Source: Ramazzottius varieornatus (lineage: Eukaryota; Animalia; Tardigrada). Taken from it: a DNA stretch of 64,000 nucleotides. The position numbers and the translations under genes were made by a program. The DNA lies in assembly GCA_001949185.1 (NCBI GenBank), contig BDGG01000007.1, positions 2,004,730 through 2,068,729 of the forward strand, written 5' to 3'. A model generated the notes under the pieces. It was given only the letters and a program-made list of their open reading frames with translations, had not been told where the DNA came from and searched no databases. Position 1 is the stretch's first letter. The number at the start of each line of letters is the position of its first letter. Shown here piece by piece: positions 13,301 through 24,761 of this stretch.

Positions 13301-16300
13301 GTGATTGTGCATGAGAAATGGTTCATATTATGAATGAAGTAGATCCGCTTTGCTGGAACGAACATCGGATTGGTTAGTTGTCATTTCCCAACTTTATTGC
13401 TTGTGGCAGAGCTAGCAGTTGTTGGGTGTTTTTTGTGACCCACATTGGTGGTAGGACACTGCGAAATGGATATACTGGATGCAAGTAGGCCGTTGATCTG
13501 AGAGCGGCACCAGAGAAGAGCATGTCGAGTTGTCTTTTTTGTTTTGCAAGCAGCGGGCCGAAATCCTTTCTCATTACAGCAGGATTTACAGCTTGCCACT
13601 CTCTTCTTGCCGCTGAAACGCAATCAGGCAATTCAATATGGAAATGAAAAATGTCAGAGAAAGAAGAGTCCGCTCGACGCGTTGATGAAGTTACAAAGAG
13701 GAGAACACCAAGCTAATCTTTACAGCAAAAGCTTCGGGTGGAAGCTCAAGTACGCTGTCGAGTTTGTTCAGGAAGAAACGCCACCATGGAGCATTCCTTT
13801 GTTGTGGTGATATGATGATCAGTTGATGAAGAAGAAGAAAGAGGCTGTGATCGATCGCTGTGCGATACCCTCCTTTTTCCCTCGTGTGCATTCTCTCCAC
13901 CGAACTCTTCCCGTTGTGGGTAGCCCTCGTACCCATCAGTGTAACTGAGGCTAGTGTCCGCCATTTGCTGTAATCGCTCCAGTCAAAGTATGTCTTAATT
14001 GCTTCCCGCCAAGCTCAGTTGATTGTCACAAAATGTCCACCATGTTGTTTTTTTGTCTAAATGGCCTACTCTCTTCAGTCTCAGTCCCTAGGGATCATTT
14101 GTTCCGGCTGAACAGCAAGCCAGGGTCCTTGAAGGTAATAACCGTAACGGCTACCCAATAAGCGCTACTTTGGTCGCAAGATGTTTTTTCTTGACATCCC
14201 ATCGACCACACTACCCGTGTATACATGCCGGGAAAATCTTTACCGTCAAAGGCCAGGAAGAAATTTGCAAAGATCTTTGCACATGGGCAATCCATCAGTG
14301 CCGGCCACACCTATATTTTAGTTCAGTGGGAAGCTGACAAGTTGAGACATGCGGAAATGCTCACTTCTGCTTAGGCTTCAGTCTGGACACAACCTTATAA
14401 CTGGTGTCGACAATTTGGAGGAAGGGAAATGTGTTTACCAGCCAAGGCTGTTCCAACAGTGGGAGAGTAAACAGGGCAGGCAACCATTCCATCACCAAGC
14501 TGACATCTGTTCATACGGCATTGTTACAGGTGTCTGTACTACTTTCTAAACTGCAACGATTCAAAGGTTTCAAGGCTTTGCTATGTCAACCGGCCACAAC
14601 ATGTCCATTTAATATCCTTAATGTAGCCTAATAGACGAAGATAGCGCCTAATCTGGTCAATACAACAAGTCTAGCAAGTGTACTTTCGAATTCTCTCCAA
14701 TACAGGCCTACAGCTGGAAAATGACCTCTGGCTCGGTTGATCGCTATATGACGCCGGTCGGACTTTGACTTTATCCCACAGCTAATTCCCATAATGGAGC
14801 TTAAGTGCGGGGATCGGACAGGGATGAGCTCAGTCGAGCGTCCTAAAGCTTTCCGGCGTTGTTGCCTGGCTTTGGTGTGACGCAAGAGTATCATTTTTGG
14901 CTTTACGGCTGACTGGAGGGCTTTGTCAGGCGTGCAACGAGGGGCTTTTTCCAGTAGCCGTACTTTGAGGGGCCTTTGTGGTCGAGCACGAACCTAATCG
15001 GTGTGGACAACAACGTATCAAGCTGCGAGCTGTCAATCTTCACACTTGTGTAACGCCGGCGCCATTCCATGGAGAGCCGATTGCCATCTTGGGTACAATC
15101 AGCAGTATCAGCCATCTTCACGACGCTACAATCACTGTCAACGCCGAATTTGTGGCAAAACATGGAAGATAACCATCGAAAACAGACATGGACATTCAAG
15201 CCTTCCGAAAACCTTGTCCGAGAGAAGAAGAAAAAGTTCCTTGTCAAAACAATAGACGTCAAACCTGGTGCTGCTGATGTTAGGCATTGCATTCATTCTT
15301 GTCCCAAATTTACACCTGTGGCTTTGCTGTGGTCTGCTGTCATCTTTTGGTTATTCAATGAAGCGATTTCTCGAATAAACTCACAGCAACGTAAACAACT
15401 GGACTTGAACTGGCTGGACGAGTAAAGACAGGGAGCTAGAGGGGGATCAAGAAGAAGTGTGACAGTTGGACTGGGAGGATAGTTCAAGGAGGGAAGATGG
15501 AGCGATGTGAGCGGAGGACCATCGTGTGGAGCTGTCTGCTGCTCGTCTTGGCTTTCCATGGAGGTTAGTGCCCAGCTCGCCTCTTTTCTCCAAAGTTTGT
15601 CAAAGAGACAAACACGAGGATATTAATTGGCTTTTTTATTTGCTTTGTCACTTGCATTGTGCAAAGCTGCCTGTTCACTTGCAGTGCATTCTCTGAGCTG
15701 TTTGATGTGCAACTCCCTAATGAAAGGCAAATGGGAAGCCTGTCCGGATCAACAGCAATATCACGCCATGGTTTGTCGTTCTTCCACCCACTTCTGCCTC
15801 AAGATCGATGGCAACCAGACCGTCCTCAACAACACTGCCCAAGGAAGCACAATTACCAACACCATCGGTAAGATCAGAGAAACATTTCACGAAACCGAGC
15901 AACAAATTTAACTACGGAGAATCAAGACGAAATTGTGATGGTTCCAACTTTTGAACAGGTCGCAGAAAAAAGTCACAAAGCACGAGGCCAATCTTTCCTT
16001 TCATTCGATAGAGAGCTACCTTTTGATTGAGAGGGATTTTTGAATCAGATAATGACGTTTGCGGTTTCTCAGTTGATCGTGAACGTTTTGTTCCAGGAAT
16101 TCAGAGGAACTGCGGAACGTCCTACAACATGAAACTGCTGAATATCGCCGAGCCCGTCGTCACGGGTTGCAAGAGCGTCGATGTCAAAGCAGCGCCATTA
16201 ACAGCTCGTCCCAATGCTGACGGCTCTTTCCCCCAATATTACTTCAAAGGCCAAGTTTGCGTTTGCAGTGCCGATAACTGTAATGGCGAATAAACAAGGC

Positions 16301-19300
16301 TTCTTTTCCCCAAAAGCAGAATATTTTGTCACAAGGCATCCCTTTGAGCAAGTCGTCAAGTGCTTCCCATTAGTTTAACTCTAGCCACCACTCAATAGCA
16401 ACTTTGATAGCTCAACACAATGGTCAGATTCAAGTTTCGCCACCAATCTTTCGGTTTCCACATCAAAGGCTTCTCTTCAAGAGATTCTTGGACAATCCAT
16501 AACACTCCAAACGTTCCTTCTGTACTTTTTACTCTTGGTGCTGCTTCGTGGTCGTGTTGACGCAGGGGCTAAATTGTGTACAGTACCGAATATGCTGGCC
16601 ACTACTTCCTCATCGCTTGACGTGGTCCAGATGAGCGGCTATTGTCTGGCTGATTGTCAGTAATCAAGTTATTCGCCAAGGCGGCTGTTGACTTGGGAAT
16701 TTGAAGCTTCAGATATGGGCAAAGATGTATCGGCTGGGTGGGCCAATTCATTTCTCACGGCGGTCCCCGTTTAAAGCTCAGTTCCGCGTACGTGTCTTGA
16801 TGGAATTGTCAAAGTCACTGACTGTGACCGAGTCATAATTGAATATCCATGCAGAGGCAGATGTAACTGGCCTAGGCTGGCCAATGTCGTCCACAACAAG
16901 CTTCATCATGAATATTCCTCCAGGATGAGCCTGCACGTTTGATTTCGTCCCATATAAAAAGTATTGCCTCTATGACGTAAGAACGCCGTATAGTTTAATA
17001 TTCCCCTGGCGCATAACTGTTTCTAGGTTGATGGCGTCCTTGCCAAAGTTTCTTCCTAGATGGCGCTGCATGTGGATGGCAACCGTTGGATGTGTTTGTG
17101 TGAAATAGACCAACAACGGCAGCTGTGTCAATAAATGCCTTACCATAAGTTTTTTTACCGCAAGCAGATGTGAGTAAATTAGCTCTGCTCAGCTTGGATA
17201 AGTTCAACAGACGAGCTGTGTGTCCAATTAATTAGGTGCAATATCGCGGGCAAATCCTATTATTTGAATTACGGCTCTTGGACAAACTTTCCGATGTCAG
17301 CTGAAGCCTGAATTTGCATGTGTATTTGACGAGGTGGTTAGATTGGCCCGGCTTTTGTAAATGGAAGGTCTTGATGTAAACGAGCGTGGATGGAAATAGC
17401 TGCTGCTACTTCACCCAAGCTCCACTCGCGCGCCGTCTACGCTGCGGGCAGGCATGCGGAACTCGAACAGATGACGTCCAAGCCTTCGTCAATGTCCACC
17501 TTGGAAAACGGTGTTAAATTACACCGCTGCAAATGTTCGACTCGATTCGGTCGGTTCAACAACGGGTGACAACTGCGTCGATCGTACGCATACCGGCATA
17601 CGGGAGCACGGCGGACACTCGGCAAGAACGTTGATCCAAGTGGCGCACGCTTCCGGCAAGTGACACCGGAAACATGCGCCACTCGAACACAAGATCATGT
17701 TTAGTCTGTTGGCCCGAGTGACGCACATCTCCAATGATATTGACGGGAGGCATGCGCCACTTGGTTGTTTGCCACAGAGCTTTCAGATCAACGTTGTGCT
17801 GCGGCGGTCGATCCGGGAAGTCGGTTCTTGGAGGGCGGACCGATCGTCCGTTGTAATCGGAGACGTCGTATCTAATTATAACTCTTCAAGACAAAAATTG
17901 CCGCTTCAGCCAAAACGTCATTCAACAGACCGATAAAATGTTCCGCGCGGAAGACCTAAAGCGCGATTCTCTTACCAGGGTTTTGCGCATGTCACTCAAG
18001 GAATGGCGTTGAGGAAGGCAAAAGATGAGGCGCGCTCCAACCAGCTTCCAACTTCCAACGGGTTGAAGTTGATTATTTTCATCCGGTGGGAAAGCTAATC
18101 ATCTTCTTTGCTGTCATCATCATCCTGGTGTCACAATGGAGTTGAAGACCGTTTCGTGTAATCAGAGCGTGCAGCCCTTGAACGCGGACCGTGTCTCGAC
18201 GCCGTTGGCGCACCTTCCCGCCGAAATCATCGCTCTCTTCATCCTGAACTTTGTGGCCATCCTCCTCCTCATCCTCCGTTTATCCAAAGCCGAGAAGCTG
18301 ATCGAGGAGCTGCTGACCTGTCACCTACGACACGGAAAGGATATGGAGGAGCTGCGAGCGGAAATGGAGCAGACGAAGCACCACAAGCAACGCATCACCA
18401 TCCAAGAGAACATTTACCAGAAGGTCCTCGTTCAAGTCGAGTCCAAAACCAAGCATCTGACCGACCTCTTAGAGGCCAAAGAACGCTTCATCAAGGCCAA
18501 GCTGCCCGAATTTGAGAAGGCCGTTTCTAGTCTGCGATCTGAAGTTTGCCAGCTTCAAGTCAAGCTAGAAAGTGAGGTCTCTTCTCTGCACCTTCGCTTG
18601 TCCTCCTTCAGTTCTCCCTCCTCGTCCACCAACTGCATCAGCACTTCGGCCGACAAGCCGGACACGCTGTATGTCCACCGGACGATCTTGCCGGAGAAGA
18701 ATGTCAATGATGAGTTTGTCCATGTCCCCGGCATCGGCCTAATCTCCACCGAGGAACTGGACCAGCTCGACTGCAGCAACATGGTACCCTTCGACCACGA
18801 CAAGCTACTCAAGAAGAAACGCCATCGCTTCGCCAACCCCTTGAAATGGATCAGGCGCAAGTCCAAAAAGGAACTACGGATGGCTGATGACATGATGGAG
18901 GAAGAACGCGCCTCCTTTGGATTTCGCAGTCGTCTTTAACAATGTCATCCTGGTCTTTTGTTTCCCATCTGCACACAGATTCTTTCATAATTGACGGTTG
19001 AAAATCGTTGAGTTGTTGTGAGTGATTAAGGTGGTTTGTGTCTTTTGACGGGAAGCCATTTTGTAATTGGTGGCCCACCTTCGCCTGTTAGATTCGCATC
19101 CACGCAACAAAAACGCGCAAGTCGGCTTTGTGTAATTTGGCAGACATTACCCTGGTCATGAGGGAAATTTAAACTTGAAAGCGAAGACTGGTTAGGGGAG
19201 ATATTAATAGGCCGATTTGCATCTTCGGCAGCAATTATGCCTGCTGAGCCATCCATCACAATCACAGCTTCCTGCTGAGATTCAAACAAGCTAAATAAGC

Positions 19301-21405
19301 TTGCAGAATCCTCGGTAAAAACGTTTTACCGCAACGAGAAAATGACGTCAAGTACAAAATGTAGAAACGGGGCTGATTGTAGTGAAAATTGAAGGGCCTG
19401 TAGGTTATTCTGCGCTGTCCGAGAAACAATATTGGGAAAACATTGGCAGGAAAAAGACAAGATTGTCAAAATGAAACTGTGCTTAAAGATCAATGTCTCT
19501 TAGCTCTGCCAAGCTTGTAGGTTGTAGCGAGGCATATCGCCTTTGTTGAAGAGTTTTATCCTGCTTTTGTATCGGATAATACTAGTTTTCTCTGATTTTC
19601 AGGCGGAGTTTTCTCGCGCACTGCAGCTACTGTCGGAAAAGTCCAAGCGGATGACGGAATGGATCTGCAGGGTCAAGACAGCTTCGGCCAGGATTGCGGT
19701 AAGATTCATCTCGAACATTTTACGCAGCGTGTAGTCTGGCGGTGACTGTCAGCTAGAGCCACACGGTCCGACGTTATCGTGTTGCTATTTTTGCCGTAGG
19801 AGGTGGAACTGGATATTGAAGCTAGTATCACGGCGCAGTGTGATGACCTCATTGGCCTTGTCCAAGACCAAAAGCACCGTCTGTTGCAATCCCTCCACTG
19901 CTTCAAAGACCACAAGCTACAAGAAGTCCGTGACAACGCCACCGAGTGCACTTCTACACTCCAACAAGCCACCGCTCAAATCCAGTTCGGCATTGAGGTT
20001 CTCAAAGAGACCGAAGCCGTCAACTTCCTGCAGGTAACACACACTTACGGCAAAGTCGTAGGAAAACTGTCGACCAATTGGCAGACGTCATGTGGGCTCT
20101 GATAGTCCAAATACCAAGCTTAGCTTTCCAGTTACTGCCGTATAAGGTCCAAGACTGTCTTCCACCATTGATTTTTTGTTGTGCTTAGTTTTCCGCCCCG
20201 TTACACATGCGGATAGCAGAGACCAGCCTGGCCCTGGAGCAACAGCTCAAGCAGCCATGGAGTCCCGAGCTCAGTGTCCGCTTCGACAGCCGTCCTCTCC
20301 TCCACATGCTGCAGAACCTCCAGCTTCAGCAAGTGGTGCCACCCAGCACACCCCGCCTCAACATCGAAGACTGCCGCATAGTCAACGGTCACATCACCTT
20401 GTCCTGGGCCTCACAGGACCAACAAAATACGGACTTTTACATACTGGAGATCGCCGAAAGCGGAAACCCATTCACGGTAAGCCAAGCTGCCCTCCCTCAA
20501 ATCACATGCCCCAAGAATGCCACCAAAAGAAAGCCAAGAATAATAATTATCTTTGCAGACGGCCTACCACGGTCCCGACACCTGCTGCTCCTTGAACTTT
20601 GCTTCGCACAACATGATCTACCAAGCGCGCTTGAAAGCCGTCAATATAGCCGGTGAAAGTCCCTACAGTAATATCGCCACCCTACACGTTGAAGGAGGTA
20701 CGTAAAACTTGCACTCGATAGAAAAGAATGGTGTCAGCCAGGACGACTGGTAATGGGTGGCTATTGCAGGGTATTTCACGTGGGATACGAGTAAGGCTTC
20801 AAGCGAAGTAATAGTGGGTAATGAGGGGCTAACACTGACGTCCAGTGCTTCGGAAGACCTGGTGGTGCTGGGCACATCCGGCTTTGTCCAAGGTGTCCAC
20901 TATTGGGAAGTCCACGTTGACCGCTACGACAACCACCCTGACCCTGCTTTCGGTATCGCTACGGCTAGTGTCAAAAGAGATTCCATGCTAGGTAAGTCAT
21001 CAGCTGATCATGATTGAGCTCTGCCTGTCAGTGGATGCGTGAGAACATTGAGTCCTGAATTTTCTGCGACGCTTCTTGTGACTGTACTGCTTGATGGCAG
21101 GTAAAGACAGCAACGCATGGGCCCTCTACATCGACATGAACCGAAGCTGGTGCATCCACAGCAACAAGCATGTCAACCGCCAAGATGGCGGCATATCAGC
21201 CGGATGCGTTGTCGGCCTTCTGCTGGACCTCGACGAAAGAACGCTGAGTTTCTACGTCAATGATGAACCTCAAGCGCCTATTCCTGCCTTTGACAATCTG
21301 CCGCAAGGCCTTGTCTTTTACCCGGCAGTCTCCATCAACCGCAATGTTCAAGTTACATTGAGACCTTGTCTAGACCCGCCTTCTCCCACTTCCTCCCCGG
21401 CATAG
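10315..21405 (+). CDS. TRIM9: TRIM9/TRIM67-type E3 ligase (RING, B-boxes, coiled-coil/COS, FN3, SPRY)
   Basis: 'ESELRCVVCCDLFKYPVMLPCGHNICAGC', 'DQISMVSDADSGVVCGS', B-box 'CQLCE...CQQCDIYYCQACRDSFHPQRGPLVAHKL', SPRY 'GFVQGVHYWEVHVDRYDNHPDPAFGIA', 'GLLLDLDERTLSFYVNDEPQ'. Large intron at about 11626-19601. Confidence 0.93.
15497..16293 (+). CDS. Secreted Ly6/uPAR three-finger (Sleepless/Quiver-like) protein nested in a TRIM9 intron; exons 15497-15563, 15685-15867, 16097-16293
   Basis: Spliced product MERCERRTIVWSCLLLVLAFHG|VHSLSCLMCNS...ACPD...VCRSSTHFCLKIDG...|GIQRNCG...GCKSV...QVCVCSADNCNGE*. It has a signal peptide, an N-terminal LxCxxC and a C-terminal CxCxxDxCN. Splice phases agree. Confidence 0.85.
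17637..17763. repeat. Intronic palindromic module array (2 units, period 78)
   Basis: Units at 17637-17685 and 17715-17763, with 33-nt spacers, in the TRIM9 intron. Confidence 0.85.
18136..18939 (+). CDS. Intronless 267-aa protein (one N-terminal hydrophobic/TM segment plus coiled coil) nested in a TRIM9 intron
   Basis: Long ATG-initiated ORF with gene-like codon usage. Hydrophobic run IIALFILNFVAILLLILRL is followed by a heptad-rich region. No recognised family. Confidence 0.7.
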   Translation: MELKTVSCNQSVQPLNADRVSTPLAHLPAEIIALFILNFVAILLLILRLSKAEKLIEELLTCHLRHGKDMEELRAEMEQTKHHKQRITIQENIYQKVLVQVESKTKHLTDLLEAKERFIKAKLPEFEKAVSSLRSEVCQLQVKLESEVSSLHLRLSSFSSPSSSTNCISTSADKPDTLYVHRTILPEKNVNDEFVHVPGIGLISTEELDQLDCSNMVPFDHDKLLKKKRHRFANPLKWIRRKSKKELRMADDMMEEERASFGFRSRL

Positions 21406-21830
21406 TGCATTTGCCTTCCTCTTCTGTTGTTTCTGCTTATATGCAAAATATTACAGAGAGATCTTTTATTCAGTCGTCACTGACCACTAAACAGAATATT
21501 TGGGCATCGAAAATATTAATGTAATACTATAATGAAAAATCAAGTACTCAACTGCTACTCAATTCTTTAGTGGTATTTCGGTTCGAGAGAAATGGTCGCA
21601 TCCACGGTGGAATGGAACGTAAAAGAATGCGATAACCGAAGCTTTTGGCCGATTAAGAATGTTGTTCACAGTACAGTAGATACAGTAGACATACCTATGC
21701 AGGACAGAAACATCCGCTCGTTTAAACTCTTGAGCAAGATCGCGATCAGCAGGAGCAAAACAAGCTCGTGGCAAGAGCCGCCTCCCGCGGCGCCATCTGT
21801 TGACGCAAACGCTAACGACAGCAAAAAATA

Positions 21831-21934
21831 CGCCGTGGATAGGATTCGAACCTATGCGGGAGAACCCATCTGATGGCCCGGATCGCGTGCTGCTAAATTC
21901 GAGTCAGACTCCTTAACCACTCGGACACCACGGC
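21831..21934 (-). tRNA. tRNA-Ser(CGA) with a 23-nt canonical 37/38 intron (21875-21897)
   Basis: Reverse complement GCCGTGG TGTCCGAGTGGTTAAGGAG TCTGA CT CGA A [TTTAGCAGCACGCGATCCGGGCC] A TCAGA TGGGTTCTCCCG C ATAGG TTCGAAT CCTAT CCACGGC G. It shows an acceptor stem, A box, anticodon stem, long variable arm, T arm, G discriminator and a downstream T6 Pol III terminator. Confidence 0.95.
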
Positions 21935-22219
21935 CATATTGCTATAGCAACTATTGTTAGCGGAGTGGCCGTTGGCAAATTCGAATCTTCAGTTTGTGCC
22001 AGTGTGATTTCTGTCGAAGTTGTCGACACCGTCCTCACAGTTTGTCCGTTTACTTCCACGGATGTTTGATCTCGCTTACTGTGTTGTTTCTGGAACAATA
22101 CATACTTTACCATGGAGAGTTTGTGAAAATCCACGCGTCGCAGATCGATACTATTGCGAAGGAAAATTGTTTTATTCTTCGGTTCCTGTATCTGGGAGAT
22201 AGCCCGAAAGGGAGCTACG

Positions 22220-24095
22220 ATGTCGGTTTCAAGGTTGGGAGTTTTGGCTGGAGATATTGAAAGGTATGAAAGTTGTCTGATGTTCTGTTGTATGTGTTGC
22301 AGTAGGCAGTCATCGCCGTCAAAATCTGAAGCAGCGAGCACACAGGCCGAACTGCAACGGATGCGCGATGTTTGTCAGAAGGTGTGTTGCCAACTTCCCC
22401 TGCGCGGCCCTTCCTCCTCGCCAACCATACTTTCCTGCAGTAACTGAGGCCGATCTTTTATGTAGCACAGCTAGCGCTGGAAAAGAATGCCATATTTGTC
22501 AAGCACCAGACCGCACTGGATGACCAGAATGCCTTGAAAGCCTTGCACGCCCAGAAAATGGTACATCGAAGTTATCAGTATCCTCCTTTGCCAAACGTGT
22601 TGAGGACAGAGAGGATATCTCACTTACTGGACGGACAATTTTTTTGATCATCTCTTTATTCTCCCAGGAGATGATGCTGGCCTCGTTGAACAATCTGCTG
22701 AAATCAACCGGCAACGTCAAGGTCGAACGCGTCGAGGTACCAGCATATAGGCACACAGAAAATCTTCCCGAGTTCGAATTTCAAAATATATTGTGTATAG
22801 TGTCATTGAATGATGGCAGGACCTGATACTTCAAGAAAAAGCCCTGACAGAAGCCATTCTGTTGAAACAAGGTACTTTGGCCTCTATTAGGCGATCGGGA
22901 GAGTCGTCGGGCGAAAGAAGCCTGCCTGGAAGCCCGAAAGGCACCGTTGACCACCATCCACTTTCTGATGAAGAGGACTCGTCCTTTACGGCAGGACCAC
23001 AGCGTCCGGCCTTCACCACCCTGACAGCTGATGATGACCTTCTTCCACTGTGTCCTTCCCAACCCTTCATGCCCTCCTTGTCTACGCCGGAAGACGAGCC
23101 CAGTATCAGCTCGCACATCATTCCTGTCCATGCTTACGTCTCGGCACCCGACGTCCAACCGACCTACCAGGAAATCCTGGCGGAAATCAAAGGGCGGAAA
23201 AAGAGCGGCTCGCGGCCACCTATGGACCCTACAAGACGTACGAATAATTATTCCATACTTTGGCCAAATTGCAACTCGTTCGTTATATGTAGAAGGTGCC
23301 GGTCCTCAAAGAATGAAACAACGGCGGAACAGAATTAAGCGGCGGACAGCAACACCTGTTGCCGCCATAGACAAGCAAGACAATCTGGCCATGGCCGATA
23401 GCGGAGAAGGGCCTTCAAGCAGTAGCACTGAAGGCAGCCGTAAGCCCTCGACTTCCGCTCCCATGGAGTTGCCCGACATCCAGCCCTTCGCCTTACGCAA
23501 CGTCCCGCCCACCACTACAGCCAACCCCGATGCCTTACAGAAAGGTCTCGCCTATTCCCTTTTCTATACCATGCAGCATACCACTGGCAATCTTTTTCAA
23601 TACTTCCTATGTATGTTCGTAAGAGCATCGACTACAGCCCCTCGACATTGCACAGCATCAATGGCTTTTTCCAGATCCTTGGTACAAGAAGGGATGGTTC
23701 AGGAGGAGGACGGCCAGCGACCCACCTACAAGTCAAGCCAAGATTGCCGAGAACTCTGAATTACACTTCAACCGCTATTACCGTAAGTGCAACCAACCAT
23801 CGATATAATATAGCCCCAAAACGACAGTTGACTGAATATAATTTCCGCTTGATCTTCTAATACAGTATATAACGGAAGCAGCAATTGTTCGCTGCTCCAT
23901 ATTATATTGATAATTTCTTGTTCTTTTTCCTGTTGTGTTCTGCGACGTGTAGGCATTGGGGAGTTGAACGGAACAAAGGTAATGATGCGCATTCGCCCAA
24001 CCTTCGCCTCGAACCGGATGGACTTTGGCTTCAAAATAAAGATTATTGATGAGGAGTCATCGGCGCCTTCCGACTCTGCACAACAACGAGCTTGA
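22220..24095 (+). CDS. Multi-exon protein of unknown function (helical N-terminus, Ser/Pro-rich middle)
   Basis: Short exons join in phase through GT-AG introns: MSVSRLGVLAGDIES|RQSS...VCQK|LALEKNAIF...AQKM|EMMLASL...RVE|DLILQEKAL...|...DALQK|DPWYKKGWFRRR...RYY|RIGELNGTKV...QQRA*. The model was built by hand and no family is recognised. Confidence 0.6.
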
Positions 24096-24761
24096 AAGAA
24101 ACACAGGCGACGCTAGCTTCCAGAGTCTCTTTTTTTGCTGAATATTTCTGTTCCCTCAAGCGTCGAAATGTTTATTGGAAAAAGGCTCTGCGGGCTCGTT
24201 GGTGTCCATGGTGTCCTTAAATGATTGGAAATGTGACTTCGCTAGGTTGTTCGAGTGTGCAGTTAAAATACCGCTTGATTTAGCCCACAGGTCAGCCTTG
24301 GGCTGCAGCCTGCAGGTTGAAGTCTTTTATTGGTAAACTACTTTACGGTTCTGCACTTATGTCGTACTAGTATCTAGTGAAGTTCAGACTAGGCTAGCGC
24401 TTTTGGTGTACCTTTTCAATTCGATGGAATCGTGTACGAGCTGTGACCATCTTTGCGGGTCAGTTTGCATATTTTCCCGTGTGGTTCAACCGAGTCTATC
24501 TTGCCGCTTCCCCGCTGTTGCGTGGCCTACCTCTGTCGATCCGCATAGTGTTCGGTCCAGCGATCTCCAGATCCAGATGTGCCTCCTCCAGACGTAAATA
24601 TGCCCGGCTGGCTCAGCGAGACCCAGATCCAAATCAACTCGCCGTCTGTTCATTCCCCCTTCCCCAACTGATGCCTGCGTAGACGCCGCTTAATTGCGCC
24701 GCCTCGCTAACGTTCCGCCATCCTTGTTAGAAATTGTTCAAAATAGCCTGGAGCTGTCTAA

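Noticed and set aside
14978-15200. Possible retropepsin-like relic (GEPIAILGTISSISHLHDATITVNAEFV)
   Set aside because: No D(T/S)G catalytic motif, LTRs, RT or integrase visible, so it is too weak to call.
16770-17190. Minus-strand frame with one internal stop (…GNIKLYGVLTS*RQYFLYG…) that looks like a decayed coding region
   Set aside because: No recognisable family or supported splice structure. It would need a tBLASTx hit.
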